Below, piece by piece: positions 29,432 to 41,167 of a stretch of 64,000 bases of DNA. The DNA is from Acidobacteriota bacterium (GTDB taxonomy: Bacteria > Acidobacteriota > CAIWXX01). The translations under genes and the position numbers were made by a program. The notes under the pieces are model-generated. The model was given only the letters and a program-made list of their open reading frames with translations. It ran no database searches and was not told where the DNA came from. Position 1 is the stretch's first letter, and every line of letters begins with the position of its first letter. The DNA is taken from assembly GCA_040755995.1 (NCBI GenBank), contig JBFMAF010000028.1:1-64000 (forward strand), read 5' to 3'.

Positions 29432-30048
29432 TCGGCGCCCGATGGTTCGCAAACGCGCAGTACAGGTGGATCAGCGTCGATCCCGTGATGAACCGCGACG
29501 AAGCGATTGCGAGTCCACAGCTTTGGAACCTGTACGCATACGTCAGTGACAATCCGATTACTTTCCTAGATCCTGATGGCAGGAAGATGCGGGCGCAGGT
29601 GATCATCACGGGGGACAAGTCGTCGGTGTTTGAATTCCTCACCATTCACACGGCGATCCGCATCTACGTCGACGAGAACCCCGAATTCCCTGACCGTGTA
29701 TTCAGCCACGGCGGAAATGCGCCTGGCGTGATGACGTTGAGCACGTATCTTGGGAGGCAGAAGGCCTACACGACAAAGCTCTACTCGCTCAAACTTACCG
29801 AAGATCAGATCAAGAGACTCCATGCGCGGCTCATCGTGTCCTATCCGCTCGGACGGGATGCCTATTTCGATGAGCTATGGAACAACTGTACGCAGCAGGC
29901 CTACAACAACATCATGGCAGCCACCGACTCCGACTCTACCTCTGGATCGGCGCTGCTCTTCCTGTCGGTGCAGACGCTTGACGAGCTATCGGATGCGGCG
30001 CTTGTAGAAGAGGAACCAGACGAGGTGATCGAGCCCGCTCCGAAGTAG
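29432..30048 (+). pseudogene. Orphan Rhs core fragment plus C-terminal tip (papain-like His/Cys motifs)
   Basis: GARWFANAQYRWISVDPV..SPQLWNLYAYVSDNPITFLDPDG, 33/49 aa identical to the main Rhs core; tip has IHTAI and NNCT. Confidence 0.85.
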
Positions 30049-30064
30049 TGAGGTTCCGACGACC

Positions 30065-30520
30065 ATGATTCACATGAGTCCAAAGCGCTTCCGCGCAATA
30101 GTATGGGTTCTGGCCGTCACCGCCTGTCTCGTCTTGATAGGCCACGGGGCTCGTATCATTCAGCAACTGCGCAGGGCGGGCAAGGCCAAAGTGACCTCCG
30201 CCCGCATGCACAACGTCGTTGTCGAGTGCGAGGTACGAATAGAGGGGCCACCTACTCTGAGTCAAGATGGCATCCTGATAGACTGCGCCCATGTGTTCCC
30301 CAAGCTTAGAAAGGAGGAACTCCGCGACGCGTGGGGTCATCCGATTTTCATCGCACGCGAGAACGCGGGGGATAGTCATTTGCTTGTGATTGCCTTTGGA
30401 CCATCCTGGAGACCTGAGTTGGAAGGCCGTAGCGTCACCCTGGCTGAAGCACGCCAGACGGCCACGTTCATCCTTGGCAAGACGGGCTGGCTTATGGCTC
30501 CAGAATGGATGCCGCCCTAG
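30065..30520 (+). CDS. Membrane-anchored hypothetical protein, candidate immunity for the orphan tip
   Basis: Directly follows the orphan tip; N-terminal TM helix; DAWGHP motif. Confidence 0.6.
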   Translation: MIHMSPKRFRAIVWVLAVTACLVLIGHGARIIQQLRRAGKAKVTSARMHNVVVECEVRIEGPPTLSQDGILIDCAHVFPKLRKEELRDAWGHPIFIARENAGDSHLLVIAFGPSWRPELEGRSVTLAEARQTATFILGKTGWLMAPEWMPP

Positions 30521-30636
30521 TCCGCCTGGGCCACCCAGCAATGGCGGTCAAACGCAATGTCCGGAGGCGCCGGATGGCAGACGATCCGATAGAATGGTCG
30601 TCGCCGACAAGAGTGCAATCGTAGACAGGAGGGCAG

Positions 30637-32295
30637 ATGAGATTCATAAAGCCATTGATGCTGGTGGTGCTCACAATTGGCCCTGCGGGTGCCGTCGTGG
30701 CAGGCGAGACTCCGAGCCTGCGCCTTGTACGCGCACGAGACGGCTCGCGTGTGTCCATCGACGGTCGCCCGTGGATCCGGCTGACTACATCACCGCAGGC
30801 GGTCAGTCTCAACCGACTCAAGATACCCCCGATAGAACCACTCGAGAGCAGTTCGGTGGGTCCCTCCTACCCGTCTCTGACCAGCATCCACGCTCCAGGT
30901 GGCGAGCCGAGGAGGCCCTGGGCAGTCCCGCCGGCACAGAAGGGGTGGCCGGTGCCCCTGAGCCGTGGGGAGAAGACGGGCGTGTACGCATCCGCAATAT
31001 ACGCGGACCTCGATTCCGATGGAGACATCGAGATCATCCAGGGCAGCTACGACTCCAAGGTCTACGCCTGGCATCACGACGGGACTCTGGTATCCGGTTG
31101 GCCGTTCACGACGAAGTCGTACGTCATGTCGACACCGGCCTGCGGTGACATGGACAACGACGGCCACGTCGAAGTCGTGGTCAACTCCAACGATGGTTTT
31201 CTCTACATGCTCGATGAAGGGGCTCGAGTCGTCAGAGGATGGCCGAAGCTGGTCGACGATCAGTACCCGCACGAAGGTGGAGCGCACATGCAGAGCGCCG
31301 CCGTGCTCGCCGATCTCGACGGCGATTCGCACCTCGACGTCGTCTACAACTCGCAGAAGTACGGTCAGACGTTCGCCTTCGACCACGAGGGCCGCAATGT
31401 GCAAGGGTGGCCGCGCAAGTACGGCAAGAGAGAGTTCAATCCGGCCACACCGGCCGTCGGCGACCTGGATGGCGACGGACACGTCGAGGTCGTCGTTGCC
31501 GTCATGTACACGAGCGACGACGGGCTGAAGAACTACAACAGGATCTACGTCAGACGTTCGGACGGGGCACTGGCGAAGGGCTGGCCGGTAACCCTGGAAA
31601 AGTACTGGTGGTCATTCTTCGAATCCGTGGTGCTTGGCGACCTGGATGGCGATCAGGATCTCGAAGTCATCGCCAAGGACCTGACCAAGCTGTACTGCCT
31701 CGACAAGAACGGCGTCAGGCAGAAGGGCTGGCCGGTCCAGCTTCCTGAAATCACCGATTTCCTTGACGACCGGCTCGCACTCGCGAACTTCGATCAGGAC
31801 CCCGCTCCCGAGATCGTGGTCGGTCACCCCTATGCCGTCTACCTCCTGGATCAGGACGGCAGCACCTTCGACGGATTCCCCGTATATCAGAAGTGTCCTG
31901 GTGGCTTCGCCGTCGCGGATCTGAATGGGGACGGCTCGAACGACATCGTGAGCGCCAACGCATACCCCTCCAGGTACCTCATGGCCTGGAACGGCCGTGG
32001 CAAGGGGTTGCCCTACTTCCCCTTGAAACCACGGGGCTACGTCGACTATGCCGGTCCCATCGCCCTCGATGTGGATGGAGACGGAGACGTCGAGGTCGGA
32101 ATAGGCAATGTGCCGGATAGCGACCTCGCATGCCTGTTCTATCTCTGGGACCTCCCGTCACGGATCGATCACTCGAAAATCGACTGGCCGATGTCTCGCC
32201 GCGACACATTCAACTCGGGTCGATACCAGGCCCCCGGCCAGGTACGCGGGCCCTCGCTGGCGGGGACGGAGACCAGAGGTGCGAGGGGGAAGTAG
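30637..32295 (+). CDS. Secreted FG-GAP/VCBS repeat protein
   Basis: Signal peptide; repeated (A/G)DLDGDG..E(V/I)V and GWP motifs. Confidence 0.9.
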   Translation: MRFIKPLMLVVLTIGPAGAVVAGETPSLRLVRARDGSRVSIDGRPWIRLTTSPQAVSLNRLKIPPIEPLESSSVGPSYPSLTSIHAPGGEPRRPWAVPPAQKGWPVPLSRGEKTGVYASAIYADLDSDGDIEIIQGSYDSKVYAWHHDGTLVSGWPFTTKSYVMSTPACGDMDNDGHVEVVVNSNDGFLYMLDEGARVVRGWPKLVDDQYPHEGGAHMQSAAVLADLDGDSHLDVVYNSQKYGQTFAFDHEGRNVQGWPRKYGKREFNPATPAVGDLDGDGHVEVVVAVMYTSDDGLKNYNRIYVRRSDGALAKGWPVTLEKYWWSFFESVVLGDLDGDQDLEVIAKDLTKLYCLDKNGVRQKGWPVQLPEITDFLDDRLALANFDQDPAPEIVVGHPYAVYLLDQDGSTFDGFPVYQKCPGGFAVADLNGDGSNDIVSANAYPSRYLMAWNGRGKGLPYFPLKPRGYVDYAGPIALDVDGDGDVEVGIGNVPDSDLACLFYLWDLPSRIDHSKIDWPMSRRDTFNSGRYQAPGQVRGPSLAGTETRGARGK

Positions 32296-32663
32296 GACGC
32301 CGTGAGCCCGTCGACAGTGATGCTTCCTGCTGCTAGCCGTTCGTCTTCCTCTTCCATCACCAAGCGGCGACACATCTCGTATGGACAGAAGGCACTCATC
32401 GTCGACGCCGCTTCGGAGCTGTAGGCGTTCAACCGACGGCAGGCCCACAAGACCCGAATCACTTCGAAGGTCGGATTACGAGTGCCAGGGAAGAGCGAGA
32501 CGGTTGTAATACACGCAGTGCGTCGGGCAAACTTGCGGTGCAAAAGCCCGCTGAATATACTGGGCGGGTCATGGTACGTAATCATACTATTTACTAGGCA
32601 GGCTCGCTCCTTTGCGCGTACCGTGTGAAGCGGGGCGAGCCATCCAAGAAACGGAGAGTAAGA

Positions 32664-36254
<3,591 letters not shown>

Positions 36255-36269
36255 GAAGGGAGGTAGACC

Positions 36270-37262
36270 ATGGATCTGTCAACCACCTACTTGGGATTCA
36301 AGCTACCGAGTCCGTTGATGCCGGGCGCTTCGCCCATGGTGGACAACATCGACACCGTCAAGCGCCTGGAAGATGCCGGCGCGTCCGCCATCGTCATGCA
36401 CTCGCTCTTCGAAGAGCAGATCACGCGGCAGCAGTTCGGCACGATACATCACATGGAGGTTCACGCGCAGTCGTTCGCCGAGGCGTTATCGTACTTCCCG
36501 GAGCCGGACGATTACAGGCTGGGCCCGGAGGAGTATCTGGAGCAGCTCGGGCGGATCAAGAAGACCGTGAGCCTGCCCGTAATCGCCTCGCTCAACGGTA
36601 TCAGCGCCGGCGGATGGGTGGACTACGCGCGCAAGATGCAGCAGGCGGGGGCGGACGCGCTGGAGCTGAATGTGTACTACCTCGCCACGGACGTGCTCGA
36701 GACCGGCACGGCCGTCGAAGGCCGCACGCTCGACACGCTGCAGGCCGTCAAGCGCGCCGTGACCATTCCGGTCGCCGTGAAGTTGTCACCCTACTACTCG
36801 GCGCTGGCGCACTTCGCGCGCGAGCTCGACCAGTACGGAGCCGATGGGGTCGTGCTGTTCAACCGCTTCTATCAGCCGGACATCGACATCGAGGAGCTCG
36901 AGGTGGTGCCGACGATGGGCTTCTCGACCTCGGCCTCGCTGCGCCTTCGCCTCCGCTGGATCGCCGCGCTCCACGATCGCATCCGGCCGTCGATCGCATG
37001 CAGCGGCGGCATTCACACGTCGTTCGATGTGATCAAGGCGATCATGGCCGGAGCGCACGCGGTACAGGTGGTGTCGGCGTTGCTGAAGCACGGACCGGAG
37101 TACCTGAAGGATCTTCGCGACGGGCTGGCCAGGTGGCTCGAGGATCACGAGTACGAGTCGCTACAGCAGGCCCTCGGCAGCATGAGCCTCGAGAAGTGCC
37201 CCGACCCCGGGGCCTTCGAGCGGGCCAACTACATGAAGATCCTGCAGGGCTGGCAGGCGTAG
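36270..37262 (+). CDS. Dihydroorotate dehydrogenase-like protein
   Basis: DLSTTYLG, SLFEEQI, PVIASLNG, VKLSP, LFNRFYQPDID. Confidence 0.92.
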   Translation: MDLSTTYLGFKLPSPLMPGASPMVDNIDTVKRLEDAGASAIVMHSLFEEQITRQQFGTIHHMEVHAQSFAEALSYFPEPDDYRLGPEEYLEQLGRIKKTVSLPVIASLNGISAGGWVDYARKMQQAGADALELNVYYLATDVLETGTAVEGRTLDTLQAVKRAVTIPVAVKLSPYYSALAHFARELDQYGADGVVLFNRFYQPDIDIEELEVVPTMGFSTSASLRLRLRWIAALHDRIRPSIACSGGIHTSFDVIKAIMAGAHAVQVVSALLKHGPEYLKDLRDGLARWLEDHEYESLQQALGSMSLEKCPDPGAFERANYMKILQGWQA

Positions 37263-37326
37263 AGCTCGCGGCGGGTTGAGCGGGCGGGTCGCGCCCGCGC
37301 ATCTGCCGTGAGCCTCCGGGGTCGGT

Positions 37327-37623
37327 GTGAAGATCCTGGCGATCGAGAAAGAGCTACCCGGTCTGACGAGCGCGGACTTCGCGCCGCACCTGGAGGCGGA
37401 GGCAGCCAGGGCTTGGGAGCTGCACAAGGCGGGTGTAGTTCGAGAGCTGTACTTCCGTGCCGACGTGCACTGTGCCGTCCTGGTTCTGGAATGCAGGGAT
37501 GTGGAGGAGGCCCGCAGGATACTGGCCACGCTCCCGCTCGTGAAGCAAGGTCTGATCGAGTTCGAGACTATTCCTCTCGTCCCCTATGCGGGATTCGAGC
37601 GGCTATTTCGGAAAGAGGCGTAG
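37327..37623 (+). CDS. Muconolactone isomerase-like small protein
   Basis: EAARAWEL..G..RELYFR..LATLPLVKQGLIEFE.IPL.PY. Confidence 0.7.
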   Translation: MKILAIEKELPGLTSADFAPHLEAEAARAWELHKAGVVRELYFRADVHCAVLVLECRDVEEARRILATLPLVKQGLIEFETIPLVPYAGFERLFRKEA

Positions 37624-37865
37624 CAAGGGAGCTGCACGGCATCAGAAGCTCCCTGGGGGCCGGGGACTTCTAAGGCCCGCCGAGCATCCGGCACCTGTCC
37701 ACCCGTGCCAGCAAGCCCGGCGAGGCCGCTTTCGAAGCGCGATTCCCTTGAACCCGTCCGTGGGCTTCCTCGTAGATGTACGGTAGGACGGGGTTCTGCC
37801 CGGATAGTGCTGGTGGGGTGGCAGATGGCTCGGTATAGGGGTGTGCGCATGCGAAGGAGCGATGA

Positions 37866-38459
37866 GTGCCGGACGAGGCCAGAGAGCGTGTAACCGGGAT
37901 CATCGCTGACTTGGGGGGCGGCGAGAGAATCCGAGCACACACTGCCAGCGAGCTCTTCGAGCTGGTCTACGACCAGCTCCGCAGGCTTGCCCGCCGCTAC
38001 ATGGGCCGCGGGCGCGCGGGTCACACGCTGCAGCCGACCGCCCTGGTTCACGAGGCCTATTTGAAACTCGTGGACCAGACACGGGTCAACTGGCGCGGGA
38101 GGACTCATTTCTACGCCGTAGGAATCCAGGTGATGCGCCGGCTCCTGGTCGATCACGCGAGGGCTCACGGGAGGCGCAGGAGGGGCGCCGATTGGCGCAA
38201 GGTCACGCTCTGCGAGGAGATGGCGCCGATCCCCGAGGCTGGGCTCGGACCCGAGGAACTGCTGACCCTGGACAGGGCGCTGCAGGAGCTAGGCAGATTG
38301 GACGAGCGGGAGGCTCGAGTAGTGGAGTTGCGGTTTTTCGGCGGGATGAAGGTGCCCGAAGTTGCGGAGGTCTTGGGTGTTTCGACGCGTGCGGTAGAGG
38401 ATGACTGGACCCACGCGAAAGCATGGCTGAAGCGCGAGCTGGCGAAGGCGATGGAATGA
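37866..38459 (+). CDS. ECF sigma factor (TIGR02999-like, kinase-associated)
   Basis: LVYDQLRRLA..HTLQPTALVHEAYLKL..VVELRFFGG..DWTHAKAWL. Confidence 0.92.
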   Translation: MPDEARERVTGIIADLGGGERIRAHTASELFELVYDQLRRLARRYMGRGRAGHTLQPTALVHEAYLKLVDQTRVNWRGRTHFYAVGIQVMRRLLVDHARAHGRRRRGADWRKVTLCEEMAPIPEAGLGPEELLTLDRALQELGRLDEREARVVELRFFGGMKVPEVAEVLGVSTRAVEDDWTHAKAWLKRELAKAME

Positions 38460-38678
38460 CGGTCGGTGCATCTTTCGAGACGAGTCTGGGCGGCGGCCCG
38501 GGGCCACTGACGCGGGGACGCGGTGACACGGAGATGCGGTGAGGTGGGGAACTGGCCACCCGAGGGGTCGGGACTTGGGGAGGCGCGGGAGTGAGATACT
38601 CGACGCCTGACCGTAGCCCGTGGCGGACAACTGGCAGCTGACAACTGGGAACTGGCAACTAGCAACTGACCACTGAAC

Positions 38679-39926
38679 ATGACCCCAGAACGTCATGCAC
38701 GAGCGAAAGACATCTTCCTCCGTGCCTGCAGACTGCCGCGTGAAGAGCAGGGTTCACTGGTGTTAAGCGAGTGCTCGGAGGATGAGGAGACGCGTCGCGA
38801 GGTCCTCGCGCTGCTCGAGTTCCATGTGGAGGGATCCGAGGAGAAGGAGTCTTCGGAGGGCAGCTTTCCTGCTCCGGAGGATACGGTCCCACAGCGCATC
38901 GGCAACTACCGGGTGCTGCAGAGGCTCGGCGAAGGCGGGATGGGAATCGTCTACGAGGCCGAGCAAGAGGCGCCGGTGCGCCGCCGAGTTGCCCTGAAGC
39001 TCGTCAAGTGGGGCATGGACACGAAGGAGGTGTTGGGGCGGTTCGAGTCCGAGCGCCAGGCTTTGGCCCTCATGGATCACCCGAACATCGCGAGGGTCTA
39101 CGAAGCCGGTGCGACAGCGCAGGGGCGCCCGTACTTCGCGATGGAGTACGTGAAGGGTGTGCCGATCACCGAGTATTGCGACAGCAACTGCCTGGGTTGC
39201 GGCGAAAGGCTGGGCCTGTTCATGCAGATATGCGGCGGCGTCCAGCACGCCCACCAGAAGGGCATAATTCACAGGGACATCAAGCCGTCGAACATCATCG
39301 TGACCATGAGGGACGGCAAGCCCGTGCCGAAGATCATCGATTTCGGCGTCGCCAAGGCAACCGCGCAGAAGCTGACGGAGCGGACGATCTTCACGCAGCT
39401 CGGTCAGTGGATCGGCACTCCGGAGTACATGAGTCCGGAGCAGGCTCAGTTGACCGGTCTCGACGTGGACACGCGCACGGACGTTTACTCGCTAGGCATT
39501 CTGCTTTACGAGCTGCTGACCGGTGTGGTGCCGTTCGATCCGGCGGAGTTGCGGGCGAGCGGGTTCGACGAGATGCGGCGGAGGATACGCGAGGAGGAAC
39601 CGCTGAGGCCCAGCACACGTGTAAGCAGGCTGCGCGCGACCGGCGACGTCATAGCCAGGATGAGGCGGATGGACCAGCAGGGGCTGGTGCGGCAGCTGTC
39701 GGGTGACCTGGACTGGATCACGATGAAGGCGTTGGAGAAGGACCGTACGCGGCGGTACGGTGCGCCTTCGGAGCTGGTGGCCGATCTGGAGCGATATCTG
39801 AGACACGAGCCGGTGCTCGCGAGCCCGCCGAGGGCGACCCGGAGTACGAGGCGATGCTGGCAGAGGCGAAGCGGGCGCAGGCACGGCCCGGACCCGCCAG
39901 GTAGGCCGGCGCGCCGGGCTCACTAA
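38679..39926 (+). pseudogene. Ser/Thr protein kinase, catalytic domain intact but C-terminal TM/TPR region deleted
   Basis: GEGGMGIVY, VALK, HRDIKPSN, DFG, GTPEYMSPEQ; sequence degenerates after LASPP; out-of-frame remnant GDPEYEAMLAE at 39833-39904. Confidence 0.75.
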
Positions 39927-40134
39927 GGCGCCGGCGCGATGCCGCGCCCGGCTGCAACCCGAATCAGCGTCCATGCTACAAGTCGTTCCCCGCTGACCGC
40001 GCCCACGTGCTGCGTTGGTTTCCGAATGCGATCGTGGTGTTGAATGTGAGTGTGGACCGGTCGGGGCCCCAGCGGGGGTTCGTTCACGTCGACGTCGACG
40101 TTCGTGAACGCGTGGACTGCGTGCCGAACCATGG

Positions 40135-40965
40135 CTAGAACCCGTACATGTACCGCTGCCCTCGCCCTCGAACTGCCACGACCGTTGTTCTCAGGCGGTT
40201 TTTCCGCGCGAGATCGGCGAACTTGAGGTACTGCTCCTCGTTTCCGCCGTCGTGCATCGGGAACAGCGCGCGAGGCGAGAGCTGCTGGATGGCGTAGATC
40301 TCGCCTCCGTACGTGGGCGTGAAGTAGAGATCGATCTGCTGGCCGAGGCCGGCCAGGTAGTCGATGTTGGATTTGAAGACCGGATCCAACTGTCCCTTTG
40401 CCGTGCCATGATCGCCGGCATGAAACACAGTGATCCCGTCTGTTCGCACAAGGAATGCAGACTCCGGAATTCCGTCCAGCGCGTGTGGCACATTCCACAC
40501 CTCCACCCCGCCGACCTTCACGCTGGAACGAGCCTGCACGAAGCGCACATGAGCGGCCTCATCGGTCGCGTTCCAGCCGAATACATACGTGATGTCGTGG
40601 ATCCATCTCCTCCACTGCAGTATACGTGGATCGTAGTGGTCGGAGTGGGCATGGGTCACGAAGACGCACGCTTTCAATCCGGCAATCGCAGCCAGGTTCA
40701 TGAAGCCTTCAGACAACGAGGCATCGGGCGGCCTCGGCCCGTGCTCCCAGTAGTCGAACACCAACAGGTGCTCCTTCGTCTTCACCGCCCAGCCGCTATG
40801 GTACAGGTACCAGACGATCGCCTGACCGTCTCGCATCGGCATCGTGAGGAGCCGCCGGTCCTCGGAAACCGATCCGGCCGAAGAGACCTGAGGCGAAACC
40901 ATGAGGCTTGTCACCATGAGCAGGAGCACGCAGGTCAAGGCAGGCATCGTGAAGACCCGGTCCAT
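40135..40965 (-). CDS. Exported MBL-fold metallo-hydrolase
   Basis: THAHSDH, FHAGD, PMH; signal peptide. Confidence 0.85.
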   Translation of the reverse strand: MDRVFTMPALTCVLLLMVTSLMVSPQVSSAGSVSEDRRLLTMPMRDGQAIVWYLYHSGWAVKTKEHLLVFDYWEHGPRPPDASLSEGFMNLAAIAGLKACVFVTHAHSDHYDPRILQWRRWIHDITYVFGWNATDEAAHVRFVQARSSVKVGGVEVWNVPHALDGIPESAFLVRTDGITVFHAGDHGTAKGQLDPVFKSNIDYLAGLGQQIDLYFTPTYGGEIYAIQQLSPRALFPMHDGGNEEQYLKFADLARKNRLRTTVVAVRGRGQRYMYGF

Positions 40966-41118
40966 TCCTTCCGCCTTCCTGACAATCCCCCTACCTAAAG
41001 CGCCGTCAACCCGCGGAGGCCGCAGGATACCCGACCCGGCGCCAGGGCGCAACTTCGTTGTGGGTCAGAGACCGGCGGCGCCACATGCGTCGCGCTGCAA
41101 ACCAGGCGGGAGAAAGGG

Positions 41119-41146
41119 CCGTCCCGGGCCATCAGGCCCGGGACGG
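41119..41146 (-). terminator. Probable intrinsic terminator of the TonB-dependent receptor gene
   Basis: 12-bp perfect stem CCGTCCCGGGCC/GGCCCGGGACGG followed by a short pyrimidine tract on the minus strand. Confidence 0.65.
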
Positions 41147-41167
41147 GTGTTATGGGAGGCTAGACGA

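Noticed and set aside
32169..32585. 138-aa minus-strand ORF
   Set aside because: Overlaps the FG-GAP gene end and the PFOR promoter region; no motif support
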